A stretch of DNA of 63,083 bases, the filler included, from Octopus bimaculoides (lineage: Eukaryota): the NCBI RefSeq assembly GCF_001194135.2. It is 8 parts of 8 records of this genome, joined end to end, with 100 filler letters (N's around TTAATTAATTAA, not from the genome) between each part and the next. Parts side by side here need not be neighbours in the genome. Positions count along the whole stretch, not along the records: positions 32,234 to 44,475 come from NC_068992.1; positions 44,576 to 54,948 come from NC_069000.1; 6 more parts are not named here. One strand, 5' to 3'. Of the stretch, positions 36,978 to 50,383 are shown piece after piece. Made by a program: the position numbers and the translations under genes. Position 1 is the stretch's first letter, and the number at the start of each line of letters is the position of its first letter. The notes below the pieces were generated by a model, which did not search any database, was not told where the DNA came from, and saw nothing but the letters and a program-made list of their open reading frames with translations.

Positions 36978-38430
36978 TATTTCGTGGTAGGAGGGACTGT
37001 CAAACATAGCTCCTCCACCACTTTGATGACATCTTAAATGCATTAAGTAAGGGCTTCAACGCCGATGTCATATACATTGATTTCAGCAAGGTCTTTGACA
37101 GAGTCGACCCCAGTATACTGTTAAGATAACTATCCTACGCTGAAGTCGATGGAAAGCTATTTCAATGAATTAAGTATTTCCTAACAAACAGGACCCAGCA
37201 TGTTGTGGTTGGTGGCATCCACTCAAGACCAGCAATACATCAGCAGAGTCCCGCAGGGTATTGTGCTGGGTCCACTCCCTTTTTTTGTCTATATCAATGA
37301 CATTGTAGATTCCACTGAACATAGCACCATTAAAATATTTGCAGATGATTCTAAGCTTCGGAAAGTCATTAAGGGAACATCTGAACAAACGATGCTTCAA
37401 TCAGACCTATGCGCAGTAACTCAGTAGGCACAAAAAGTCAATATGCAGCTGAACGAAGAAAAATTTGAGCTCTTGCACTTTGGAAAAGAGGGCCCACTCA
37501 AACAACCAGATACACTACCGTCGGAAGACCTACATGAACCTTCGGATAATATCAGAGACTTAGGTGTAACTGTCGACAGCAACATTAGGTGGAGTGTGCA
37601 CATCAAGAAAAAAGTCGATGTTGACTACAGAATGTGTTCGTTGATCCTCAGAGCTTTTCAATCTAGGGATCATGAAACCATCATCCTTCTCCTCTCCACA
37701 TTCGCTAGGCCCCACCTCAAATACTGCTTCCCATTACGGTCTCTCTATAAAAAAAAAACAAGACATAATGAGGATTGAAGCGTCACAAAGATCAATCACT
37801 AAAAAATAAATGGCTTGACGGGATTTGATTATTGGGCTCGACTTGAACAGCTGAAACTCTATTCTCTGCAACGCCGCCGTGCGTGATACATTATTTGCAT
37901 CATGTGAAAAAGATTCCACCAATATTATCCAAATGATATCGGTATCATGTTTACGATTCGCGCAAGACTAGGGCCCCATGCAACGCACCCTCTACAAAGC
38001 TCGAGACCACTTCACTTAAGAACNNNNNNNNNNGATTTGATTATTGGGCTCGACTTGAACAGCTGAAACTCTATTCTCTGCAACGCCGCCGTGCGTGATA
38101 CATTATTTGCATCATGTGAAAAAGATTCCACCAATATTATCCAAATGATATCGGTATCATGTTTACGATTCGCGCAAGACTAGGGCCCCATGCAACGCAC
38201 CCTCTACAAAGCTCGAGACCACTTCACTTAAGAACGTTGCGACACAATTTCTTCACTGCAAATGGTCCTGCTCTTTTCAATGTTATCACGGAAGAAATAA
38301 AGTAAGAAAAGACCCCAAAACTTACCTGGACGAATTCTTCCAGGAAATACCGGATATACCACCTACACCTGGATTCGTCTCAGCCAACACAACTCTCTGC
38401 TTCAGTGGTCTATGGTGTCCCGAAATAATT
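36978..38430 (+). mobile_element. CR1-clade LINE, 5'-truncated, decayed RT to 3' end
   Basis: DVIYIDFSKVFDRVD, VPQGIVLGPL.FFVYIND, IFADDSKL, RDLGVTVD, RPHLKYC, LKLYSLQRRR. Confidence 0.95.
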
Positions 38431-39914
38431 AATTAAAAGACTTTTCCAGGTAGTGTTATAGAGTTAGTCATGGCCTGGGCCGATAATGGCCGAAACCAAT
38501 CTAAGTTATTTAAGCTATATGTCCATACATATGTATGTGTGTATGTGAGTATGTATGTACTATGTGTATGTATGCACTATGTGTATGTATGTATGTATGT
38601 ATGTATGTGAGTATGTATGTATGTATGTCTATCTGTATGTATGTATGTATGCATTGTACTGTATGCGTGTATTTATGTGTACATATATGTATGTACACGT
38701 ATATGCAATTATATAATGAACTAACAATTTCTGATTAATTATTCGTTTTGTCTGCTCTGAAATTCTATCTCTTGATTTAACTATCTCTAAATCTAATCAA
38801 TTTATATATCAGTTATTTTCGGTTTATAGTCAGCTGCATTCATTTTACATTAATGGATGTGTTAGCACCGTACAATTATATATGCACGCATAATGACTTT
38901 AAATTGTATAGCTCAAAAGAGAAAGAGAATTTTTATGTTAACTCACTTCTCAAACATATCATTCACTGATTATTTAATATGATTTTGTCTTTTTATCTTT
39001 ACTGATATTATTAAATATTAGATGTGACATTTCCATAAACAAAATTTCAAAATGAATGGGGAACAAATATTTTCTTATTGTAGTTAACAATTTCACTTTG
39101 TCATAAAACATGGACAATTGGCCTTTCTACAAAATATTTTTAACATCTTTCAAGTACAACATATGAACCTTTCAAGTCCATTGTTATATAATTTATCATA
39201 ATGATATTAATGGCTGTCAAATTCATATTTTCAAGACACATTCTTGGATAATTAATGTTTCATAGTTCCTTCATATCATATCTATTAGGCGTTCTTTTCC
39301 ATGCTTTTTTTTTTCTTTTAGTTAAACTTTTTTTTTTATTTCGTGAATCTACGAATCGAAGTGAATCTATTTTCTTGCTTTTGTTTAGTCTCAATTTTGT
39401 AGGGTTCGAGCAGATACAAAATTAAAAGGAGTTCTACCCATGATCATCTTGTCCCAGACAATTTCATCCTGGCATACTTTATCCAATGTGCCCTTCTCTT
39501 TTCTTGGATATATGATGTAATTTTATGAAGCTTTAGCTGATTTTCAAGCATAGTAATTAAATATTGGCTTTTTCAAGCATAGTTAAATATTAGAGTAAAA
39601 CTTCGAGTGAAATCAAACAATCGGGATAATTATTGAAAGTAAATATTAAAAACACCAGTGAAAGTTATTCGACCAGCAATGTTTTATATGTGATGAATCG
39701 ACCAACGTAACATAGTCAACTCAATTGTTCTCATGAAACTTCGAAAATTAAAACACATCCTCAATGAGAGTTGAGACGAAATGACTATAGTTAGAGACGT
39801 CATTCGTAAATAAGTTAGTTTTCAGATACCATTGTAATATAGGTTTACGCATGTGCAGATGATCTCAAAAGCAATATCAAGGGGAGTAAATCCTGAATCG
39901 TGGTAATTTCTTTT

Positions 39915-40330
39915 CTACTCTAGGCACAAGGCCCGAAATTTTGTGGGAGTTAGCCAGTCGATTAGATCGACCCCAGTATGCAACTTAATTTATTGACCCC
40001 AAAAGGAGGAAAGGCAAAGTCGACATCGGCGGAATTTGAACTCAGAACGTAAAGACAGACGAAATACCGCTAAGCATTTCGCCCGTGCTAACGTTTCTTA
40101 TGTCTTTACTGCCCACAAGGTGCTACATACAGAGGGGACAAATTAGGACAGACAAAGGGATTAAATTGATTATACCGACCCCAGTGCGTGAATGGTACTT
40201 ATTTAATCGACGCCGAAAGGATGAAAGGTAAAGTCGACCTCGGCGGAATTTGAACACAGAACGAAGCGGCAGACAAAATACCGCCAGGCATTTCGCCCGG
40301 CGCGCTAACATTTCTACCAATTCGCCACCT
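39915..40330 (-). mobile_element. Two tandem SINE family A copies
   Basis: CGGCGGAATTTGAAC.CAGAACG twice; two different tail variants. Confidence 0.85.
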
Positions 40331-42711
40331 TTGTATCATGGTAATTTGTGATGGTTTATGTCGTTAGTATGATAGTATGTGAGTTGCGTTTGAGAAATTA
40401 TTCCCTACGACTAAGTGTGTACAATGGAGACAACTGGCGTTTATTGCTGCAGAGGAGACAAGTAATTTATGCGTGATTATACTGACTGCAATTTTAAATG
40501 ATCACGCAACTCTTTTTCTTCATTTCATCACTCTCAGGCATTTCACCACTCTCCTCACGACAAGTAAACAATAGTGTGTAGTAATGAAATATACTCACAA
40601 TAGTAAGTAGTTACGAAATATGCTCACGGTTAGCATATAGTTATTCGATATGCTCAAGATTTCAAATTTTATTGTTTCACGAAATGAAAATATAACAATT
40701 TTACTTAGATATTTGACTTTTAATCTATATTTACGTGAAATAGAAAGATTACACTGGGGATCAATTTTGGTGCCTCAGGTTTTAGACCTGATTTTAAGTA
40801 TTTTCAATCTCCGAATAAGAATGTGTCCTTCATTTCTTCCTAGCAGCTCTACTTTTTGATATAATGTACAACTGCCCATACATGAATCACGGTTATTATA
40901 GAATCAGAGATGGTCTCTGATGTATTTGACAAATACTTGAATATTTTTTTAAATACTATGCGTATCTAAATTACACTTTACATTTAAATGAGTATTAAAG
41001 TATTTGTCAAATACACTACTGACCATCTGTAATTCTATAACGACCTTGTGGTCAGCCTGTCCCGGATTCATGTATGGGTAGCCGTATTTGCCAATAAATG
41101 CATCCCTCATGAGCCTGCCACAGCGTGTGTTCCCGTGTATCGCTATTGGCAACGCTGTAGAACATTTTGCTACATAGGCGACGTCTCTTCATTTCCCACT
41201 GAATCACTTAGCTCCTGGCTTTGAGAGATACAGTACCTTCATATATCAGTGATGATATAAACACTGTGGTATATTTAAAGACGTTTATAATTGTATGTTA
41301 AGTTAACTACAGAATTATTAATATATTCCAATGTAGCGGTGACGGTTGTAATTGCGGTTGCCATTTAAAACGATATCAAATCTAGTTTAGCACATTTGAG
41401 TTAAAAGGTGATCCACCTGTGACCACTTCTTCGTATGAGGTTTATTACAAGACTACGCTGGTTGTGAACGTTTCCGTCTCTTATTTAACATTATAGGTTA
41501 TAATTTATATACAATTTGGTTGTTATTTCTACCAGATCGAGGAATTGCAAATAGACTCCCTTTGTGAGAATTAGTTTCATAGCTGTTTTGCATCTAGACA
41601 TCACCGATTAATCAAGCGTTCGAACCGTTGCCTTGCCATTCTTTCCTGAAGCATTATGCACCTGGAACAGCATGATACGTTGTAGCCTTCACTGTTTCAA
41701 GATTTTCGAAGAAAATTTGAGACATATTAAGCTGCTATTTCTCGCCGGCACATCCACAACGTAGATGCTCCTGCGTCGATTTAAAAACGATAGAGTGTAA
41801 ATCGAGTGAGATTTAACTACTACTTCTCGCAAGCAGAGGAATCAGAGTGAGGTACGTTGTTTTTTGTCTTTGTTTGTGTTTCATAGTATAAGACGATAAA
41901 ATGTGTCTCAATATCTTTAATAGTGAAAGTATATGTTCTGTATGTAATGGATGTTAGAATGTGGCAAGGTTGGCATTCTTTCCATTTATTATTGCAAATC
42001 TTTGCAATTCTCTTATAAAGAAAACAATCCACAGTAATGAACATCCCTCCAATGCACACTCATTTATTATCTCTTCGTTACATCATACTGAGGTTAAATG
42101 CATCATATAAATTATAAATTGATTAATTACGCTTCTGGTTATATTGCATTAGCGTGTACATATAGGTGCATATGTCAGTGTGTGTGTACAAGTATGAGTT
42201 AGTATGTACGTGTGTATGTGTGTGCGTGATTCTGCCTGTGTTTTTTATGAGTAAAAATCCACTTTAGTTCTAATTATGCTGTGCTCTCATATTTTATTCT
42301 AAACTCTTCAATGCGTAAAAAATTCCTAAGGCGGTTACATAATAACGTCACACATATATCTGCTTTTTTTTTTTTTTTTTTTTTTGCAGAGACAATAATC
42401 TTGAGAATTTAGGTTTGAGGTAACCTTGTTAAAAAGAAATTATAATTTATATGCCTTTCACAAAGACATTAACAGCATTACGCAAGAGTATTGATTCAAA
42501 GTGCGTATAATAAAAGAGGCGAATGTTAAGTTCCTCAAGTTATTAGTTGTAGTGAAAGTAATGAAAAAGTTATTTTCAAATAACTCGTTCCGAATATTTC
42601 TCGTAGGTAGTAGCTATTTCGCTACAAAGTGTAAATCGAGTGAGATTTAACTACTACTTCTCGCAAGGTGCAGTTAAACTCAAAATATTACATTTAAAAT
42701 AAGACGGAGAG

Positions 42712-42885
42712 CTGGCAACACCGTTAGCATGCCGTGCGAAATGTTTAGTACCATTTCTTCCGTCACCACGTACGTACTGAGTTCAAATTCCACCGAGATC
42801 GACTTTGCCTTTCACCTATTTCGGGATCGATAAGATAAATACCACTTGAGCACTGGGGTCGATTGCATTGACTTAGCCCATCGAA
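42712..42885 (+). mobile_element. SINE family A (further copies 43605-43800 -, 49205-49555 + x2, 52255-52455 +)
   Basis: GAGCTGGCAAC.CCGTTAGCA head and CTGAGTTCAAATTCCACCGAG B box. Confidence 0.8.
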
Positions 42886-42901
42886 TAGTTTCAATATATT
42901 A

Positions 42902-43085
42902 ATGTATGTATGCATGTATGTATGCATGTATGTATGTATGTATGCATGTATGCATGCATGTATGTATGCATGTATGTATGCATGTATGTATGTATGCATG
43001 TATGTATGCATGTATGTATGTATGCATGTATGCATGTATGTATGCATGTATGTATGTATGCATGCATGTATGTATGCATGCATGC
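42902..43085 (+). repeat. Compound (ATGT)/(ATGC) tetranucleotide array
   Basis: Directly visible; source of the MYVC/HTYM ORFs. Confidence 0.97.
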
Positions 43086-43905
43086 AATGAGACGTAAGTA
43101 TATCAGGACAACAGTTATTTAATACTTTGCCAAAAGATCTGAGAAATCTACATCATGCGAAAGAGGTAAATGTTTTCAAGCATCTTGATTGACCTTCTGT
43201 AGTCCAAGATCCAAGATAAATCTACATATAATAAAGTATACGTACCACGCTTTTATAACTGACATAAAGGGGTAAAATCTTTCTTGCAATTTGCTAGACA
43301 TATACAAGATCAACGGACATATTAGATCAATGGAAAACTTCCTAATAATAGTGAATGAAAACAAAAAACTTATATTATTCCTTCGTCTAAAAGACATGCG
43401 AGTTTTTTATACTGATAATTTTATTACCTCACCACGCATTATATTTACGTTCCTTCATAATCTAAGAAGATCAGGTCTATAGTTAGGTCTAACTATCGCC
43501 ATAAATTTATGCATAATACCTCTACACGTGTCTTTCTTATACGAATTGAATTGTATTTTTATGACCTTGTCATTTCCCTCTGGGGGAAGGGGTAGGAATA
43601 TTGCTTTCTATTATAGACATTGGGGCTAGAATGTTAGAGCTTGTTGAGTACATCTTCCCAGTGTTCGACTGATACCTATTTTATGGATCCTGGAAGAACG
43701 AAAAACAAACTCAACCTCAGTGGAATTTGAACTCAGAACGTAAAGCAGGAAGACATGCCGCCAAGCATTTTGCCCGTCGATTTTGCCAGCTCAGCGCCTT
43801 CAATTATTAGTCCAGAAATAATATTTCTTACGGAATTGCTGCTTTAAAAACACGATGAATAGGAGAGGGAGACGAAAATTCGGCCCAACAGCAGCTAGTG
43901 GCAGG

Positions 43906-44428
43906 TCCGGATGCATTTCCGCCTTTTTTTTTTTTTTTTGGCTTTTACAATGATTTTCGCATAGGATTACAGATCATAGGATCCCAGAACAAATGGACAA
44001 ATTCGATCAACAAGATGTAATAACAAAGAAATGAAAAACAAATTGCAAAGACTGGATTTTTCTTTATCTAAAGCCAAATTATTGCATTTAAGCAACATCT
44101 AGCAATCGCAGGCTTGCTGATATTTGAACTATGTTCATATGCTTCTAAGATCACATCCGGATGCATTTTCCGCTTTTCTTTTGGTTTTTATTTTATTTAT
44201 TTTTTTTTTGGCCTTTACAATGATTTTCACAGCCAACCATATACGATCCCAGAACAAACGGACGAATTCGATCGACAAAATGTAATAAAAAAAGATAAGA
44301 AAACATAATGAAAGTGGATTTTCTCCAAAGTTTCTTTACTTAAAGCAAAATTATTGCATTCAAGCAACATCTGCAAAATACAGGCTTTCTGGTATTTGAA
44401 TTATGTTCATATGTTTCTAAGATTGCAT
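43906..44428. repeat. Tandem dimer of an about 250-bp unit, each carrying a poly-T run
   Basis: TCCGGATGCATT starts at 43906 and 44156; collinear matches continue to TTCTAAGAT. Confidence 0.9.
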
Positions 44429-44589
44429 ACATACATACATTCATACATACATACATACATACATACATACATACGNNNNNNNNNNNNNNNNNNNNNNNNN
44501 NNNNNNNNNNNNNNNNNNNTTAATTAATTAANNNNNNNNNNNNNNNNNNNNNNNNNNNNNNNNNNNNNNNNNNNNCAAAGGAATGTTGT

Positions 44590-44958
44590 TCATTATTCAG
44601 TTTATTTCAAGATTTCTTGCCAATAGAGAAAGAACCGGTTTCTAACCTAAATCCAAGGTTCATTCATTGGAATTTCAACATCCACGACAAGGTATTTTTG
44701 TTTGTTTGTATGTATGTATGAATGTATGTATGTATGAATGTACGTATGTATGCATGTATGTATGTATGTGCAGGTTTGTATCTTTTATGCATGTATTCTC
44801 ATGCATAAAGTTATATATCTAGTCATACTCATATATAAATTTCTGGAAAGTTCTACAGATTTTTACAGTTCCAGTGATGGATTGGATCTGTAGTCTTCGA
44901 ATTAGCTTTCTCCATTCTGGTTTTGAGAAGCCTAATTTCTCAAGATTGGTATTTATTC
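44590..44958 (-). mobile_element. R4-like RLE LINE 3' end, (TACA)n-associated subfamily, copy 1
   Basis: Minus strand LEKLGFSKPEWRKLIRRLQIQSITGTVKICRTFQKF..* (stop 44819-21) aligns with the LQK..LLGT..ILR terminus of the other R4/Dong copies. Confidence 0.7.
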
Positions 44959-44978
44959 ATAATGTATGTATGTATGTT

Positions 44979-45263
44979 ATCAATCAGTTTCATTTCTGTA
45001 TTTCTTGTCCATAGAGAAAGAGCCGGACTCTAACGTAGATTCAAGGCTCCTTCATTGGAACTTTTATCAACATCATCTAGGTATTTGTGCATATGTGTGT
45101 GTGTGCAGTATTTGGTGTTAGTGTATGCGCAGATTTGTATGTTTGTTTTATGGATGCGTTTTTATGTCTAGATGCATGCATATGTATTTATGTGCTAAAT
45201 TTTTGGAAAGTTTTACATATCTTTACAGTTCCATTGATGGCTTGAATCTGTAGTATGTATGTA
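44979..45263 (-). mobile_element. R4-like RLE LINE 3' end, (TACA)n-associated subfamily, copy 2
   Basis: LQIQAINGTVKICKTFQKFST*; (ATGT)n directly on both sides on the + strand; 3' UTR homologous to copy 1. Confidence 0.72.
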
Positions 45264-45289
45264 TGTATGTATGTATGTATGTATGTATG

Positions 45290-45490
45290 CATATGTGTGT
45301 GTCTGTGTTTGTCAAATGCTATCGCTTGACAACGTAAGTTGGTGTGTTTACGTACCCGTAAAACGAGCGGTTCGGCAAAAGAGACCTAAAGAATAAGTAC
45401 TACGCTCACAAAGAAAAGTACTGAGGTAGATTTCTTCGACTTTAAGCGATGCTCCAACAGACTGAAACAAGTCAAAGAATAAAAGAATGA
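45290..45490 (+). mobile_element. SINE family B 3' half (other partial copies 11755-11807, 46555-46700, 55415-55540 +; 56380-56600 -)
   Basis: CGCTTGACAAC...GCGGTTCGGCAAAAGAGACC...GAATAAGTACT...GACTGAAACAAGT. Confidence 0.8.
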
Positions 45491-47578
45491 AAGAATATAT
45501 GAACTATCCTCGAATGTGTGGAAGAATCATCATATGTGCGCCAGCGCTCTCCTTCCATCATGATAAAAACAAAACACCAACATTATCATCGTCGACATCG
45601 TTAACGTCATTATCTGTGTTTTAATGTATGCATGAATGTAGGTTGCACTCTGTGCATATCTTAATAGCGTACATGTCATTAACCTGATGCTTTTTTATGA
45701 ACAAACATGCACACACGAACACACAACGTTTAGGTTTATGACTGAAAACTAATAAATGAATATAAGTAGATAAGATAGATAGGTTGGTAGATGATAGAAA
45801 AGTATATATGTGTGTGCAGAGAAATACATACGCGTTCGTGTGCTTCATCAAAAAGACGCAAACGAATATATAGAATTTTTTTCTTCGCTTTTATTGTGTA
45901 ATTCCCAATGTAGTAAGTAGTTTACTTGGGGCTTGTTTTATTGATGGTCGCTTGCACCTTCGTTTGAAGAGGTTTCCAGTACGCGTGTGTGTGTGTGTGT
46001 GTGTGTGTGTGTTGTTGATGGTCGGGTGGGGTGTTGGATCGCATCAATCAAATCCGCTTCATTTGCCTTGCCCCGCAGACTGAAATTCCATTTTATTGAG
46101 AGGATTTATATTGAGAGTCATCGAAATTCTCACAGAGGGCGATAAATTACGAGATTTCAGTTCATCGTCAGTTTTAGGTTGCATATGTATGTGTAATATT
46201 GTATAATTACATTATGTTTTGTATACACACAATTTTCTTATGTACAGTCCGCCTGATCTGTTTATTTCTTGATATGCAACGATTTTACAATCTTTGAATT
46301 ATCACCTTTTGATTCTATTTCTTATGATATTCTTTGATAAGAAATTAAGCAAGGTTCAAACGCCCTTTCAGGCTCATTCTTGCACTACTCAACAACTTCA
46401 ACTAGCATCAGGATGCGAACTAAGAGACATTAATTGTATTAATCCTAGGGTAACGTATTCACTTACAAGTAATTTTACCACCTGATCTAAAAGTATCACT
46501 TTAAATTTTTTTACCATTATAAGCATATATATTATCTATGAAAAATTTTATCATTCATGCGTAGCTTAGTGGTAACAAGTTTGCTTCTCAGCCAGAGGAT
46601 TTCGGGTCCAGTCCCACTGCGTGCCTTCTATTTTAGCGCCGAGCCGACCAAAGCCTTGTGAATAGATTTGGTGCACAGAAACCTGAAACAAGCCCGTTAT
46701 ATATATATATACTAATATATACTTTTGTTATTTACACCACCTGTCGTCGTCTGTTGTTATTATTTGTATATTCTCCTATATATATANNNNNNNNNNNNNN
46801 NNNNNNNNNNNNNNNNNNNNNNNNNNNNNNNNNNNNNNNNNNNNNNNNNNNNNNNNNNNNNNNNNNNNNNNNNNNNNNNNNNNNNNNNNNNNNNNNNNNN
46901 NNNNNNNNNNNNNNNNNNNNNNNNNNNNNNNNNNNNNNNNNNNNNNNNNNNNNNNNNNNNNNNNNNNNNNNNNNNNNNNNNNNNNNNNNNNNNNNNNNNN
47001 NNNNNNNNNNNNNNNNNNNNNNNNNNNNNNNNNNNNNNNNNNNNNNNNNNNNNNNNNNNNNNNNNNNNNNNNNNNNNNNNNNNNNNNNNNNNNNNNNNNN
47101 NNNNNNNNNNNNNNNNNNNNNNNNNNNNNNNNNNNNNNNNNNNNNNNNATATATGTATATGTATATGTATGTATATGTGTGTGTGTGTGTGTCTCTTTGT
47201 GTGTACATATACACATATATGTGTCGTTTGTAAACACTACAAGCAATACACAACCCGGTACAAACTGTGTTATAGTATAGTTATCGGACACTCTACTGGA
47301 CCAAAGAAATTATTCAAGGTATAATAGTGAATATGTTCAGTTGCTGATCACGCAACTGTTTGCATGACCACACGTGATGCAGTTTCGGTTTAGGAAAGTG
47401 ATATTTTTCTGTAACCACTACGGCACACGCTGGTTCAAAGCTTTTGCTTTTCTCATAAGCTGTGCTCTAATTGTTGTTCAAATTAAATTTTCGATGTTTA
47501 TTTCTTCTGGAACACCTTACGTAGATTTTAACTCAGATACGTTTTAATAATGGCTCCGAGTTTGTTATCAAATGCCAT

Positions 47579-47670
47579 AAGTCGTCTTCGGCCAAGTCGC
47601 CTTCGGCCAAGTCGCCTTCGGCCAAGTCGTCTTCGGCCAAGTCGTCTTCGGCCAAGTCGTCTTCGGCCAA
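47579..47670. repeat. 15-bp tandem repeat AAGTCG(T/C)CTTCGGCC x6
   Basis: Directly visible; only one variable position. Confidence 0.97.
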
Positions 47671-48612
47671 GGAAGCTTTTTGATCCCATTTTCAGTCAGC
47701 CAGTGTTGATTCCTCTTCTCCCTCTGGCATGGAACCCCATCTTCCATGAATAAAACTCATTTTTCCTTATGTTATCGTGTGAATAGATCGGATATCGTCG
47801 TTGCTTAAGTATTTCGATGTATTTCTCAGAGTTTATGGTTCCAACACATTCTATCAGCTCAGAACGGCCATTGCTGGTTTCAGGTCCCCATACCAATACA
47901 AAGATACCACCATGTTTCACAGTTTGTTGGAGTCGCTTAATAACAAATTCTTGATTGGGAAGCCTCCAGACCTAAACAGGTCCAATGTCTGAAAATAATT
48001 CAAATCTTGATTCATTTGAGAAAATCACTCTATCCCAAAATGAATTGGATTTTTCTGACATCTCCTCAGCCCATTTCTTGCCTTTCATGATATTAATTTG
48101 TTGAAGGAGAGGTTTTCTTCTAGCTGCTCCTCATAATACCCAAGCTTATGCAGATATGTAACACACGTTCTGGGACTAACTTCTAGCTGTTTTGCATTGT
48201 CAGAATCCTTCAAACGGGGTTCGTTTTCCACAATTCTCTTCAAACAGCGAAGCTTCCTTTCCGAGGGCCCAGGTCGGCCGGGACGAGAATCTGTTGATTC
48301 TTTTCCTTGGCTTTTGAATTGCACTATAATTTTATTAATAGTAGCAACAGGAATTTGAAGATTTTCGGCAATTTTTTGCTGGCTAAGACCAGCCTCAGAT
48401 TGCCGAACAATACAACCTCTTTGAAAATCTGACAGTTCTGCTGAATTTTTTGTGCGTGGCAAGGTTACTCTTCGCAAATGTTTAATATAATGGCATCTGG
48501 AATGAAAAAGAATAATTATATTGTAAATTTTACACCGCTGAAAACATATTAAGACGCTTAGATTTGAAATTTTGAAAATTAAAGGTGTCTATTTACTTCC
48601 TTCATGTCTGTG
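47671..48612 (-). mobile_element. Second Tc1-family relic, 5' TIR present, truncated within the catalytic domain
   Basis: ELSDFQRGCIV...GLSQQKIAENLQIP.ATINKII, GRPGPSERKLRCLKRIV, KHGG..VLVWG, GTINSEKYIEIL, LFMEDG, KLPWP; TIR CACAGACATGAAGGAAGTAAATAGACACCT ends at 48612 next to TA. Confidence 0.92.
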
Positions 48613-50344
48613 TAGACACATTCATATTTTGGAGCACTCTTGGGTTTAGGGAGTTTGGGTTGGCAGTACAATTCCCTCTACACAGTAACACATAAACACG
48701 CTGACAGTGAGCTTCTACCGGAAGACACTAGGGGCAGCAGACGGTGCACGTTCTCATTGCATTCATTGCTCTCATAGAATTTCTAAAACGTTAAGAATTA
48801 ATGGCGAGGAACATGCTAGGATAAATCTTTGCATAATGCGTATCTACTGAAGCCATAGCTGCGGGAAGGAAGTTGAAACTGACAGTTTGTTCATCAAAGA
48901 TATCTTCAACTGAAACAACAACTACGACAACAACAACGTTAACAATAGAAACAAATGAGACATTCCTTCCTTGAACCTCAGAAGGATGAATCTCAAAGTT
49001 GATAATGCTGTGATTGCAAACGCAGAATGTAAGCGACCAGTACTCGCTAATATTATCATGTTTGTCACAAAATATGCTAGTGTTACATCTAAACCAATAT
49101 GATATGAGATCGAAGTGATAATTAAAATATTTAAACTAAAGAAAGAAATTTCATTATTACATGTTTTTTTTTTCTTTTATCTTCTGTAGACGAAAATGGT
49201 TGTCTAGCAGGACAGTTAGCATGCCGGGCAAAAGGTTCAGCGGCATTTCGTCAGTTAAAATGTCTTGAATTCAAATGCCGCCGTGGTTGACTTTGCATTT
49301 CATTTTTGGTGTCGATAAAATAAGTACAAGTTCGGCACTGGGGTTCGATGTTATCGACTTAGCTACTCTACCGAATTTGCTGGCCATGTGCAAAAATTTG
49401 AAATCAATATGTCCTGAGTTCGAATTTTGCCGTGGTTGATTTTGCCTTTTATCCTTTCGCAATCGATAAAATAAGTACCAATCACGTACTGGGGTAAAGT
49501 AATCGATTTCCCCCTTATCCCAAAATCTGGTGGTTCTGTGACAAAATTTAAAACCATTATTTAGTCTTTATAGTATCGTAATTACATCACATTCTTCTAC
49601 ACATATACAACCAATTCTATTATTATTGAAACCACCATTAATAGATCATTGATGGCTATCACTCCATTAATATGAATAATATATCATTACATTATTACAC
49701 AGACCGTTATTAGCACTTGTTACATCTGTTAATAGTATAGTCATCAGCAGTAGTAGTAGTGGCAGCAGTAGTAGTAGCAGCAGCAGCAGCAGCAAGCAAG
49801 TAAACAACGGTAGAAGTAACAATAATGATGTAGCTTATGGAAAACATAATCCATTTGCTTTGGAGAGCTTAGAGATAAATTTCAATTAACTCGGGAGTTT
49901 GAAATAATTTCAGTCACGCGGTAGTGTGTGTGTGTGTGTGTGTGNNNNNNNNNNNNNNNNNNNNNNNNNNNNNNNNNNNNNNNNNNNNNNNNNNNNNNNN
50001 NNNNNNNNNNNNNNNNNNNNNNNNNNNNNNNNNNNNNNNNNNNNNNNNNNNNNNNNNNNNNNNNNNNNNNNNNNNNNNNNNNNNNNNNNNNNNNNNNNNN
50101 NNNNNNNNNNNNNNNNNNNNNNNNNNNNNNNNNNNNNNNNNNNNNNNNNNNNNNNNNNNNNNNNNNNNNNNNNNNNNNNNNNNNNNNNNNNNNNNNNNNN
50201 NNNNNNNNNNNNNNNNNNNNNNNNNNNNNNNNNNNNNNNNNNNNNNNNNNNNNNNNNNNATATATATGTATATATATATATATCCATATATATATATATT
50301 CGTACTGGGTGAGCGAGAGAAAACTAGAGAGCATAAACGTATGC

Positions 50345-50383
<39 letters not shown>

